Source: Spirochaetia bacterium (lineage in GTDB: Bacteria > Spirochaetota > Spirochaetia > DSM-2461). From it: a stretch of 64,000 bases of DNA. Below are positions 1 through 9,812 of the stretch, piece by piece. Where the stretch lies: contig CAXXIA010000002.1 of NCBI GenBank assembly GCA_963666985.2, forward strand, positions 3,057,189 through 3,121,188, written 5' to 3'. A model generated the notes under the pieces. The model was not told the origin of the DNA. It searched no databases and saw nothing but the letters and a program-made list of their open reading frames with translations. Both the position numbers and the translations under genes were made by a program. Each line of letters begins with the position of its first letter. Position 1 is the first letter of the stretch.

Positions 1-1
1 A

Positions 2-922
2 GGCCACTATCCCCCCTTCGTTCGGCTTCCCATGGTGCTTGGCCACGAAAACGCGGGTACCGTAGTGGAACTCGGGGAAGGCGTGACGGATTTTAAAGTC
101 GGTGACAAACTTCTTTGCGGACCGCCCTCGGCCTGTGCCGAGATGTGTCCTTCCTGCAGGGAGGGCAAAACCAATATCTGTATCAACGGCTTTCCCAATA
201 CGGCCGGCATCGGCGGTCCGGACGGCGGATACTGCGAGTATTTCCTGATCCGCGATGTGGCTCATACCATGCTGATAAAAGTGCCTGAAAACGTGGATAT
301 GAAAGACGCCGTTCTCTTTGATGTTATCTGCGTGGCGCTTCACGGAATCCGTATTTCCCGGTTTAAAATCGGAGACAACGTGGTGGTGAGCGGTACCGGT
401 TCCATCGGCCTTTCCGCCATTCAATTTCTGAAAGCCGGCGGCGCAGACAAAATCGTCGTTCTCGGTACCTCCGATGAAAAAGAGCCCGTCCTCAGGCAAT
501 ATGGAGCGGATCATTTCATCAATTCCAAAAAATGCGAGGACATAGGCGGAGAAATCAGGAAATTCTTCGGCTCATCCGTGGGCGCGGATGTTGTGTTTGA
601 GTGCGCGGGCAATCCGATCAGCTTCAACAACTGTGTCTCTCAATGCGTTAAACCGGGCGGGCAGGTGGTTGTTTTGGGAACCATTAATGAGTCCTTCCCC
701 TTTTCACCCGGAGCCTTTTCCATCTTTGAACCCGATATTCAGTTCAGTTTCGTTTATACCGAAGAAGAGGTGAACATGTACCTCCGGATGCTCGCGGGCG
801 GAAAAATCTCTTTCCCGGGAATGGTTACCGGTATCGTCGGTCTGGATGAAGCCGTGGAGAAGTATATCGGAGCTCCAAGCCGCAAGGGGCATCTGAAAGT
901 TCTGATCGATCCGAGTTTGTAA
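2..922 (+). CDS. Zn-dependent medium-chain alcohol/polyol dehydrogenase (MDR family), 5'-truncated by the window edge
   Basis: Frame is open from nt 2 (GHYPPFVRLPMVLGHE). GHE catalytic-Zn motif, structural-Zn cluster C-x3-C-x2-C-x7-C, Rossmann GTGSIG, VFECAG. Confidence 0.9.
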   Translation, partial: GHYPPFVRLPMVLGHENAGTVVELGEGVTDFKVGDKLLCGPPSACAEMCPSCREGKTNICINGFPNTAGIGGPDGGYCEYFLIRDVAHTMLIKVPENVDMKDAVLFDVICVALHGIRISRFKIGDNVVVSGTGSIGLSAIQFLKAGGADKIVVLGTSDEKEPVLRQYGADHFINSKKCEDIGGEIRKFFGSSVGADVVFECAGNPISFNNCVSQCVKPGGQVVVLGTINESFPFSPGAFSIFEPDIQFSFVYTEEEVNMYLRMLAGGKISFPGMVTGIVGLDEAVEKYIGAPSRKGHLKVLIDPSL

Positions 923-932
923 GGGGAATCGC

Positions 933-2849
933 TTGAAAGAATATCCTCATGTCTTTTCACCCATTCGGGTGGGAAACGTTGTTCTGAAAAACAGAATCAT
1001 ATCCGCTCCCAGCACGATACACAGCTCTTCCTCCGGTCAGCCTTATCCTACCGATGAAGGTATCCGCTTCTTTGAACAGCGGGCCATCGCCGGTGCGGGC
1101 CTGGTAACCTGCGCGGGAGTCAGCCTCGGCGGTGCCTTCAACGACGGACTTCATTGCTCTTGGGATTTGAAGATGGGCAATAAAACCAACCGTCTGGTGG
1201 AGCTGACCGAGCGAATCCATCTTTATGGCGCCAAGTGCACCATGGAACTTATCGGCGTGTTCCCGGACGGTTATACCGTTTCGGACGGCTGTTCCATCAT
1301 GGGTTCTCCTCCCATCGGGAGGGAAATCCCCAAAGAGAAGATGGAATGGTTTAAGAATGAGTATATCGAGGCCGCCTTCACTCTGAAGAAAACAGGCTTT
1401 GACGGTGTTCTTCTTCACTTCGGGCACAGCATTCCCATCGCTCAGTTTTTCAGTCCCTATACCAATAAGCGTACCGACGAGTACGGAGGTTCCACGGAGA
1501 ACCGCACCCGTTATGCTTTGGAGATTCTGCAAGGGATTCGACAAGCCTGCGGTAGGGATTTTCTTATCGATGTCCGCATTTCCGGGGATGAGTTTCAGAA
1601 AGGCGGCATCGACATTGAGGAAGGTCTGCGTATCGCGGAAATCCTGCAGAATCACTGCGACATCCTTCAGGCCAGTGCCGGAATGCATAATCCTGACTGG
1701 ATGACATGGACCCATCCCTGCGGTTTTCTTCCGCCCAACCCCAATGTTTATATCGCTGAGAAATGGAAACAATCCGGGAGGATTAATCAGTGCCGTATAT
1801 CCACGATTGGGGGCATTACGAAGCTTTCGGACTGTGAGGAAATCCTGGCGCAGAACAAGGCTGATTTTGTTGTTGTGGCGCGGCAGTTTTTTGCCGATCC
1901 CGACTGGATTCAAAAATCCCTGGATGGGCGCTCTGAAGACGTGGTGCCTTGCATCAAATGCATGCGCTGCCATGATTCGGATAATTATGCCCAGCACCTT
2001 TTATGCGCCGTGAATCCCCGATGCGGCATGGAAGCCTCGGTGGCGAAGGTCCCGCCGGCAACTGTTCGAAAGAAAGTCGCCGTTATCGGCGGCGGGCCCG
2101 CGGGCATGTCCTGCGCTCTGGAGGCCGTTGAGCGCGGCCATGATGTCACGCTTTTCGAAAAAGAGTCCGTTCTGGGCGGTTTGCTTTCCTATGCCGACCA
2201 TGTCGGGTTTAAATGGCCGCTTGCCTATTATAAAAATTGGCTGATTGATCAGATTCAAAAAAGCCCGGTGACCGTTAAGATGAACTGCGAGGCCGCCCCC
2301 GAGATGATCCGGGGTTTTGATTCGGTTATTGCCGCGGTGGGATCGGAGCCCGTTGTTCCCAAAGCCATTCCCGGAGTGGAGCATGCGCGTATCGCATCCG
2401 CTGTCTACGGGCGGGAAAAAACGCTCGGCAAACGTATCACCGTAATCGGCGGCGGACAGGTCGGTTTGGAAACCGCCGTGCACCTGCAGCGTCTCGGGCA
2501 TGATGTTACGATCCTCGAAATGCTGAGCCAGCTTGCCGGCGATGCTTCCGCGACGCACCGCGACGAGCTTCTTGTCGAGGCGCGCAATCATGCCGAGAAC
2601 ATTCACGTTATTCTGGAAGGAACGTGCACGGAAATAAGGCCCTGCGCGGTTCTCTATGAAAAAGACGGCCTGGCGGAGGAAATCCCCGCCGATGATATTC
2701 TGCTGGCCGTCGGACAGCGTTCCAGGCGGGAATTGGCCGACAGCTTTATGAACTGCGCCGATGATTTCTTTGAAATCGGCGACTGCGTGAAGGCGCGGAC
2801 TCTTGAATGGTGTACGAAAGAGGGGCTTTATGCCGCGCTGAATCTGTAG
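933..2849 (+). CDS. NADH:flavin oxidoreductase, OYE/2,4-dienoyl-CoA reductase-like (FMN barrel + 4Fe-4S + FAD domain)
   Basis: LKNRI, NKRTDEYGGSTENRTR, CIKCMRC-x11-C Fe-S motif, GGGPAG and GGGQVG dinucleotide motifs; TTG start after GGGGA. Confidence 0.9.
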   Translation: MKEYPHVFSPIRVGNVVLKNRIISAPSTIHSSSSGQPYPTDEGIRFFEQRAIAGAGLVTCAGVSLGGAFNDGLHCSWDLKMGNKTNRLVELTERIHLYGAKCTMELIGVFPDGYTVSDGCSIMGSPPIGREIPKEKMEWFKNEYIEAAFTLKKTGFDGVLLHFGHSIPIAQFFSPYTNKRTDEYGGSTENRTRYALEILQGIRQACGRDFLIDVRISGDEFQKGGIDIEEGLRIAEILQNHCDILQASAGMHNPDWMTWTHPCGFLPPNPNVYIAEKWKQSGRINQCRISTIGGITKLSDCEEILAQNKADFVVVARQFFADPDWIQKSLDGRSEDVVPCIKCMRCHDSDNYAQHLLCAVNPRCGMEASVAKVPPATVRKKVAVIGGGPAGMSCALEAVERGHDVTLFEKESVLGGLLSYADHVGFKWPLAYYKNWLIDQIQKSPVTVKMNCEAAPEMIRGFDSVIAAVGSEPVVPKAIPGVEHARIASAVYGREKTLGKRITVIGGGQVGLETAVHLQRLGHDVTILEMLSQLAGDASATHRDELLVEARNHAENIHVILEGTCTEIRPCAVLYEKDGLAEEIPADDILLAVGQRSRRELADSFMNCADDFFEIGDCVKARTLEWCTKEGLYAALNL

Positions 2850-3033
2850 CGGATTGATGGACGAATTCCCCTCGGCCGGGTAAGCCGGGCTTTGGAGCCG
2901 GGAACGATACCGGCCGAGGCGAATCTCAATAACGAAGAGAGACTGCGATGATAACAGGACGGCTAAACATCGGCCGAGGGGCGATAGGGGGTCATCCTCA
3001 AAAAAGACGTTTGAAATAGTGTAAAATGTTTCC

Positions 3034-3975
3034 ATGGAGACATACGCCGTTATCGCCAAGGTCTTTCCTATTTTTCTGCTCTTTCTTCTCGGATACGTTT
3101 TCCGGCGAACCGGATTCCTTTCGGCATCAACCGCTTCGGAAATGAAAAAGCTGGTGGCGAACATCGCCCTGCCGGCGCTTCTGCTTCGGGCTTTTATGAG
3201 CATGGAACCGGGGCGGGATGAGGTGCTGCTGGCTCTGATGATGTTCGCGCTCTGCACCGTCCTGATGGTTGGTTCATTCGCTCTTTTTCGTCTGTTCCGC
3301 AGACGGGGGGATATCCGTTCTTACATGGTGAGCGGCTTCGAAGCGGGTATGCTCGGATACGCGCTTTTTCTTTCGGTCTTCGGGAGTGAAGCTCTGCCGG
3401 TGTTCGCGACCGTTGATCTGGGGCAGGTGCTGTTTGTCTTCATCGTTCTCATGCCGATGCTTTTGGCAAGAGCGCGGAGCACCGATGAGGGATTATCCGC
3501 ATCCGGGATTCTCAGGTCCGTCCTGATGAATGTGGTGAAAAGCCCTGTTGTATGGTCCATCGTCGGCGGACTCATCCTCGGTGCCGTAAGCCGCGCTTTT
3601 CAGATTCCGCCCAAGCCCTTTGCCCCTCTCTCCGGTTTCCTGGAAATTGTCGGGAATCTAACGGCTCCTCTGATTGCCCTGGCGATTGGCTACGAATTGG
3701 AGTTCCGTAAGGACCTTCTCGGCAAGGCCGCGCTTTTCGTGCTTGTTCGGAAAGCCGTTCTGATCGGCGCCGCTCTTTTACTGGCGCGGTTTCTGCCGGT
3801 GAAAAATCCGCTTATTCCCATGGCTTTTCTGACGATGCTTCTTCTTCCGCCGCCTTATGTGGTAACTCTGGCCGCCCGGGAGACTGAACAGCCTCTGGTT
3901 TCGGGGATTCTCTCGTTCAGTACGGTCGTCTCTATTCCGGCTTTCGCGCTGGCGCTTGTCTTGGGCGGCTTATGA
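3034..3975 (+). CDS. AEC (auxin efflux carrier / malate permease) family transporter
   Basis: 313 aa with many hydrophobic segments; IALPALL, GMLGY and SPVVWS repeat-helix pattern typical of AEC. Confidence 0.75.
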   Translation: METYAVIAKVFPIFLLFLLGYVFRRTGFLSASTASEMKKLVANIALPALLLRAFMSMEPGRDEVLLALMMFALCTVLMVGSFALFRLFRRRGDIRSYMVSGFEAGMLGYALFLSVFGSEALPVFATVDLGQVLFVFIVLMPMLLARARSTDEGLSASGILRSVLMNVVKSPVVWSIVGGLILGAVSRAFQIPPKPFAPLSGFLEIVGNLTAPLIALAIGYELEFRKDLLGKAALFVLVRKAVLIGAALLLARFLPVKNPLIPMAFLTMLLLPPPYVVTLAARETEQPLVSGILSFSTVVSIPAFALALVLGGL

Positions 3976-5580
3976 GCGGTTTGAGGCGCTGCGCTTCTTT
4001 TCTTCTTTCATGGCGTACATGCCTTTATCCAGTTCGGCGATATCCAGGGTATCGTTCTCATTGATATTACAGAATCCGTAGCTGAAATCCACGTTTGAAA
4101 TGTTTAAATTTCGGCGGAAATGATTACGGATTCTTTCAATGATTTTTTCAACGATGTCTCTGTTGGCTTCCTTCATGAGAATCAGGAATTCATCGCCTCC
4201 GTATCGGACGACCAGATCGTCCTTACGGAGATTGGATTTGGCGGAATTGACCAGTTCCTTGAGGATTCTGTCTCCTTCTTCATGACCAAGGTTATCGTTG
4301 TATTCCTTGAATCGATCCATATCCAAAAAGACGGCCGAGGCGAACATCCCATCCGGGATATCTTCCAGAATCCTTCGATTATAAGCATTCGTTAGAGTAT
4401 CTTTATTGTATGCTTTTCGGAACAATTCCCGTTCCAAAAGCGCCTTTCGGTAATCCAGTAGGAATTCAACACTGAAAAGGACGAGTGTAATAACCGTTGT
4501 AAATTGCAGGACGGAAGGAAGGTTCGGCGACACAATCATTATAAGAATAAGCTGAATCATGCCCAAAGAAATAAGTCCGGTACCGATGATGTAAAGAGGT
4601 TTGTATGAGAGTTCCTTATGAGTCAGGACAATCGTGATGATGCCGATGAAATGAAGAAGTGAAACAATCATCGCATATACCGAACGGGTGTGGAGAATCC
4701 CGACGGTGGGAGATGCGATAACCAGGATGAGCGTTGCCAATACGGGAATCCAGCTCCAGCGGGATAGAGTGAATCGGCCGTTGGCCCTTCTGTCGACGGC
4801 CGCAAAATAGCAGTAGATACCGAAAAATGCGGCGACTAAAATCAGTCTTTTTACCAGCGCGTAAAACGCATAAGATCCGGTTGATGTCCGATACGTGAAA
4901 TCAAAACAGTAAATCGTTATAAAAAAACAGGTCAGACCTAAGAGTATTCCCTGAATCCGGTTGTAATCGGAATGCCGTGAGAAGAGGATCAGGATAATTC
5001 CAATGATCATGCATCCGCCCATCAGGGTTATAAGAAAATCATGAATGATGAATTGAAAAAGAGCCTGTTTTTGAACGGCCTTTTCGGTTGGGATTAAATA
5101 AGGCTGACGACCCATCGCGATAATTTGAGTTCCCGTGAGTTCAAGAGTTACGGTGTTCTTGGAATCGGAGGAATTCGGAAGCTGGAAAACCATAAAATCA
5201 TTCCAGATGTTCGCCGTTGGATTGGTTTTATCGGCGATATGAAAAACCGCTTTTCCATTAAAAGAGACGGAAACGGCTGTTGCGTTCAAATCCCAGAAAC
5301 AGAGACTTTCGTTTTCCGTCGGGCCCATTTCCGTATAAAGCGTTAATGTCGCGGTATCGCGCAGGTTTTTAAGGAAAGGAATGTCTATGGAATGATTTCC
5401 CGATTCATCGACGAGGTACCATTCGTTTTGATAAGCCTCGCCGGTACTGATTCTGGGAATGTAAAGGATTCCCTGTAAAACTGCGAAAAGCAGCAGAGAT
5501 GCACTAATCGATAAGAAAATGGTTCGCCGCCGATTTTGACGGATTCCGGTTTCAGCGCCTGATTGTTCTTTAATTTTCAT
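3970..5580 (-). CDS. Membrane-bound diguanylate cyclase (N-terminal extracytoplasmic beta domain, multi-TM region, GGDEF)
   Basis: DTLTNAYNRR, DMDRFKEYNDNLGHEEGD and RYGGDEF; N-terminal TM, a periplasmic domain, then about 7 TM helices (7TM-DISM-like layout). Confidence 0.9.
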   Translation of the reverse strand: MKIKEQSGAETGIRQNRRRTIFLSISASLLLFAVLQGILYIPRISTGEAYQNEWYLVDESGNHSIDIPFLKNLRDTATLTLYTEMGPTENESLCFWDLNATAVSVSFNGKAVFHIADKTNPTANIWNDFMVFQLPNSSDSKNTVTLELTGTQIIAMGRQPYLIPTEKAVQKQALFQFIIHDFLITLMGGCMIIGIILILFSRHSDYNRIQGILLGLTCFFITIYCFDFTYRTSTGSYAFYALVKRLILVAAFFGIYCYFAAVDRRANGRFTLSRWSWIPVLATLILVIASPTVGILHTRSVYAMIVSLLHFIGIITIVLTHKELSYKPLYIIGTGLISLGMIQLILIMIVSPNLPSVLQFTTVITLVLFSVEFLLDYRKALLERELFRKAYNKDTLTNAYNRRILEDIPDGMFASAVFLDMDRFKEYNDNLGHEEGDRILKELVNSAKSNLRKDDLVVRYGGDEFLILMKEANRDIVEKIIERIRNHFRRNLNISNVDFSYGFCNINENDTLDIAELDKGMYAMKEEKKRSASNRS

Positions 5581-5715
5581 TTTTTATTTTTATCGGCTAT
5601 AAAAATAAAATACTGTACGAACCGTGATGAAAACGTAAACGAAACAACATTCGAGCAGCCCGGGGATAAGGAACTTGCGGCAGCCTGAATCCGAATGAAT
5701 CTGCGCTGAATGCGG

Positions 5716-6033
5716 TTATTCCATCCGAAACACTTCTCGAAGAGGAATGCTGATTGGAGCGTTGTTTTCTTCGGTCTCCATAAGGTCGGCCATGTAATTC
5801 CACCATTTTTGCACGGCCGGTTCTGCTCCCAAATCCTGAGAGCCTCCTTCGCCGGAAACCTTCTGCACGGCGAAGAGCGAGAGGGTTTGCTCATCATAAA
5901 AGATGCTGTAGTCCGAAATGCCGCCTTCCTTCAGAAGTTCCAGAATCTCCGGCCAGATTTCATCGTGGCGTTTTTTATATTCCTGAATGCAGGAAGCATT
6001 TTTGAGCTTCATCTTGAAGGCGACTCGGGTCAT
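5716..6033 (-). CDS. rhaM: L-rhamnose mutarotase
   Basis: 105 aa; EYKKRHDEIWPE, DYSIF, QKWWNYMADLME, LREVF are RhaM hallmarks; rhamnose context. Confidence 0.93.
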   Translation of the reverse strand: MTRVAFKMKLKNASCIQEYKKRHDEIWPEILELLKEGGISDYSIFYDEQTLSLFAVQKVSGEGGSQDLGAEPAVQKWWNYMADLMETEENNAPISIPLREVFRME

Positions 6034-6043
6034 GGGGGATCTC

Positions 6044-7087
6044 CTATTGATTCTTCAGTTCGGAATGCTGGGAGCGGAGTTTACGGCCCGCTTTCATGGA
6101 GTCCAGTATTTTCGGGATGAGAACGGCAACGATAAGCAGGGCTCCGGTTGTAATCACCATCACCTTGGCCTGAAGATTCACCAGGGCCATTCCGAATTTC
6201 AGGTAACCGACCAGAAGGCTTGCAATCACTACGCCGAAAATGTTTCCTTTACCTCCCGAAATGGAGACTCCGCCGAGAACAACCAGCATAATGGCATCCA
6301 TTTCCCAGCCGGTGGCGATGTTGGGCCTGGTGGAACCGATGCGGCTGGTCAGCAGAATCGCGGCGATTCCGGCAAAAAGTCCGTTTAAGGCGAAATTGAT
6401 GAATCGTATTCTTTCCACGGGAATGCCGGTGAAGCGGCTGGCCGAAGCCGAATTGCCGATGGCGAAAAGTTTTCGTCCGTAGGTTGTGTTGTGCAGAATG
6501 AAACCCATTATCAGCACAAGCAGCAAGTAAAGGAGCGCTTCAAAAGGAATAACGGTTCCCGGGATGTAGCCCTGTCCGAGATAGGCAAAATCCTCGGGGT
6601 AGTGTGTGTAGGCGTTATCCCTTAAAAGAGCCTGAGAAATTCCTCGAAAGACCGAAAGAGTCGCCAGGGTAACGGCGATGGCCGGAATCTTTACTTTGGT
6701 AACCAGCACCCCGTTGACGATTCCCGCGGCCAGTCCCGTTGCCGCACCCAGGAGAATCAGCGTTCCGGTTCCGGCTCCTTTCGAGGCCGCGTTTCCCATA
6801 ACGAACGAAGAGAGCGCGATGATGGAAGCCACCGAGATATCGATGTCTCCGCAGAGGATGACGAAAATCATGGGCAGAGCCAGGATGGACTTTTCCATGA
6901 AGCTGAACGTGGCGTTCATCAGGTTGAAGTAATCCAGAAAGTAGGGACTGATTGCCGTGAAAAACACAAAAACGCCGATGAGAACCAGAAAGAGGATAAA
7001 CTCCCACTGCGTGAGCATCCCGGTAATTCTTTTTTTAAGGGAAAACTCGTTTATGAGCCTGTCCTGTCTGACTAAGTTGCCGCTCAT
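6044..7087 (-). CDS. rhaQ: Rhamnose ABC transporter permease (CUT2, second subunit)
   Basis: DIDISVAS, YGRKLFAIGNS, LGGVSISGGKG. Start placed at MSGNLV (7087), overlapping the upstream stop (ATGA), rather than at the longer ORF start 7309. Confidence 0.85.
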   Translation of the reverse strand: MSGNLVRQDRLINEFSLKKRITGMLTQWEFILFLVLIGVFVFFTAISPYFLDYFNLMNATFSFMEKSILALPMIFVILCGDIDISVASIIALSSFVMGNAASKGAGTGTLILLGAATGLAAGIVNGVLVTKVKIPAIAVTLATLSVFRGISQALLRDNAYTHYPEDFAYLGQGYIPGTVIPFEALLYLLLVLIMGFILHNTTYGRKLFAIGNSASASRFTGIPVERIRFINFALNGLFAGIAAILLTSRIGSTRPNIATGWEMDAIMLVVLGGVSISGGKGNIFGVVIASLLVGYLKFGMALVNLQAKVMVITTGALLIVAVLIPKILDSMKAGRKLRSQHSELKNQ

Positions 7088-8067
7088 GCGAGCCTCCTGT
7101 TCAGGAGCATGGTCTCCCGCCGGCGTTCCATGACGACATTGAGTGTCATCGCCGCGATAACGATAAGTCCTTGGAATAATGTTTGAAAGAAAGCCATGTT
7201 GCGGATCATGGTCATGGAATTGTTCAATAGGCCCATAAAGAGCGCCCCGAGGATGACCCCCGGAACGGTTCCGCTTCCTCCGGCAACCGAAACGCCGCCG
7301 AGAACGCATGACGCTACGGTCTGGAGTTCGAATCCCGTGCCCATTTCGTTCACCGCGGCGGCATACCGGGCCGCCCAGAGTACGCCGCCCAGTCCGCTGA
7401 CAGTCCCGCTGATTGCGAAGATAAGGAACTTCACTTTTTTTTCGCTTACACCGACCAGAACGGCCGCCGATTCGTTCCCGCCTATGGCGTAGATTTCCCG
7501 GCCGCTGCGGGTATATTTCATGAAATAGTAGAACAGTCCGACGACGATTACGGCGAACCAGATAAGGTTGGGCACGCCGAGCACATGACCGTGCGGCAGG
7601 TTCATGAAGGATTCGGTCATTTCATGCGCGGTAACCCATTGTCCTTTGCTCACCACGAAGGTAAATCCCCGGTAAACGCTCATGGTGCCCAGGGTGGCGA
7701 TGATGGCCGGCACCTTGCCGAAGGCCACCAGTACGCCGTTGATCATGCCCAGTCCCATGCCGATAAGCGTTCCCGCCAAAAGACAGATCCACGGAGACAT
7801 TTCGGGATTGTTCATATTGATCAGGCTGGCGGACATGCCCGCCAAAGCGATGATGGAACCCACCGAAAGATCGATGCCCGCGGTCAGAATAACCAGGAAT
7901 TGGCCGCAGGCCACCATAACGAGTATGGAAGAGTCTTTCAGAATGTTCGCCAGATTCGACGGCTTGATGAACCGGGGCATGAAGATGGTCATCATAATCA
8001 TGAAGAACAAAATAAGGGCGATAAGAACCGCTTCTCTGTTTTCAAAGAGTCTGCCGATCCTCTTCAT
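7084..8067 (-). CDS. rhaP: Rhamnose ABC transporter permease (CUT2)
   Basis: GIDLSVGS, GREIYAIGGNESAA, GFELQTVASCVLGGVS. Confidence 0.87.
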   Translation of the reverse strand: MKRIGRLFENREAVLIALILFFMIMMTIFMPRFIKPSNLANILKDSSILVMVACGQFLVILTAGIDLSVGSIIALAGMSASLINMNNPEMSPWICLLAGTLIGMGLGMINGVLVAFGKVPAIIATLGTMSVYRGFTFVVSKGQWVTAHEMTESFMNLPHGHVLGVPNLIWFAVIVVGLFYYFMKYTRSGREIYAIGGNESAAVLVGVSEKKVKFLIFAISGTVSGLGGVLWAARYAAAVNEMGTGFELQTVASCVLGGVSVAGGSGTVPGVILGALFMGLLNNSMTMIRNMAFFQTLFQGLIVIAAMTLNVVMERRRETMLLNRRLA

Positions 8068-9584
8068 GCCATGGCCTCCTCGCCGACCGCGGCGGTGGCG
8101 GCGAGCATCACGCTGTCGGGATTCGCTTCATCCCGATTCATAACGGAGGTAATGAATCCTTCGTGCATAACCACAATACGATCCGACATGCCCAGAACTT
8201 CCGGGAGCTCCGAAGATACCAGAATAATCGCCTTTCCTTCGGCGGCCATTTCCGAAACGATTTTATGAACCCGGGCTTTGGTACCCACGTCGATGCCCTT
8301 GGTCGGCTCGTCCAGAATGAGGATTTCGGGATCGGTGGATAGCCATTTGGCCAAAACCACTTTCTGCTGATTCCCGCCCGAGAGAGTGGAGGTGTTGACC
8401 GAGAGCCCCGCGGATTTAATTTCGATCTTCTTGGCGAAATCACTGGCGAGGATGCGTTCGGCCTTGCGGTCCAGTACGCCGAAGTGGGCCAAGTCGTCGA
8501 TTTTCGGCAGAGTGATATTGTCGGTGATGCTCATATCAAGAATGGTTCCCTGTTCATGACGGTCTTCGGGAATGTAGGCGATACCGGCCCGCATGGCATC
8601 TTTCGGGCGTGAGAAATGAACCTTTTTGCCTTTGAGGCGAACCGTTCCGCCTGAAGCTTTATCGATGCCGAAAAGCACGCGCATAACTTCTGTTCTGCCC
8701 GCGCCGATGAGTCCGAAAAACCCGAGGATTTCCCCCTTATGGAGTTGAAAGCCGACATTCTTGAAAAATCCGATGCGGCTCAAGTTTTCCACTTCTAAAA
8801 TACTCTCACCGATTGCCGCTTCGCCCTTCGGAAAAAGCTGATCCAGAGAACGGCCGACCATCAGATTGATGATGCCGCCTACGGTGGCGTCGGCCACGTT
8901 CCCTTCGCCGACCATTTGTCCGTCTCTGAAAACGGTGTAGGTATCACAGATATCGAAGATTTCTTCAAACTTGTGGGAAATGAAAATGATGGCTTTCCCT
9001 TCATCCCTCAGTCTCCGAATGATTTTGTAAAGATCTTCCACCTCGCGGAGGGTGAGGGCGCTGGTGGGTTCGTCCATAATAACGATTCGGGCATCGATGG
9101 AGAGAGCTTTGGCAATCTCCACCATATGTCTTTGGGCTACGCCGAGGCTCTTTACCGGAGCATCCGGAGAAATGCTGAGTTCCAGGGAATCCAACAGCTC
9201 CCGGGTTCGGGCCTTCATGGACTTCCAGTCGACCGGACCGCGGCCCTTTTTGCCTTTCTTGGTGTGATGCCCCATGAAAATGTTCTCGGTAACCGTCAGT
9301 TCCGAGAACATCGACGCTTCCTGGTGGATGGCCGTAATACCGGCCGCCTGGGCATCCAGAGCGGTTTTAAAAGTGACTTCACCACCGTCCATCAGAATCC
9401 GGCCGGCGGTTTGTTTGTACACTCCGGTCATAATTTTAACCAGAGTGGACTTCCCGGCACCGTTTTCACCGATCAGGGCGTGCACCTCTCCGGGACGGAC
9501 CGTAAAATCAACGTTGTCCAGAGCTTTGATGCCGGGGAAATACATGGAGATGTTTTTCAGCTCCAAGATGGGTTTCGTCTCCAA
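8064..9584 (-). CDS. rhaT: Sugar (rhamnose) ABC transporter ATP-binding protein with two ABC domains
   Basis: GENGAGKST, IMDEPT, LSGGNQQK, LDEPTKGIDVG. Confidence 0.92.
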   Translation of the reverse strand: METKPILELKNISMYFPGIKALDNVDFTVRPGEVHALIGENGAGKSTLVKIMTGVYKQTAGRILMDGGEVTFKTALDAQAAGITAIHQEASMFSELTVTENIFMGHHTKKGKKGRGPVDWKSMKARTRELLDSLELSISPDAPVKSLGVAQRHMVEIAKALSIDARIVIMDEPTSALTLREVEDLYKIIRRLRDEGKAIIFISHKFEEIFDICDTYTVFRDGQMVGEGNVADATVGGIINLMVGRSLDQLFPKGEAAIGESILEVENLSRIGFFKNVGFQLHKGEILGFFGLIGAGRTEVMRVLFGIDKASGGTVRLKGKKVHFSRPKDAMRAGIAYIPEDRHEQGTILDMSITDNITLPKIDDLAHFGVLDRKAERILASDFAKKIEIKSAGLSVNTSTLSGGNQQKVVLAKWLSTDPEILILDEPTKGIDVGTKARVHKIVSEMAAEGKAIILVSSELPEVLGMSDRIVVMHEGFITSVMNRDEANPDSVMLAATAAVGEEAMA

Positions 9585-9812
9585 ATTCTCGACCTCTTAT
9601 TTCATCAGTTCTTGTTGATATGTCATATCTCTGTCCGGCGGCATCCTTCCTTCTCTTCAATTTTTTCAGGAACGATATCGCCGGATAAAGGGCCGCGCTT
9701 TTCGACTCTGGGTTTTATCGGCGCGGCCGTGTTTTTGAAGTAAACGAGGCCCGGCGCTTCTTTCCCCGAGGAAAGACGGCGGCCCGGACCTGTTCGGGTT
9801 CAACCGCCCGAT

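Noticed and set aside
957..3257. 346-aa and 418-aa minus-strand ORFs
   Set aside because: Shadows of the flavin oxidoreductase; no recognisable domains.
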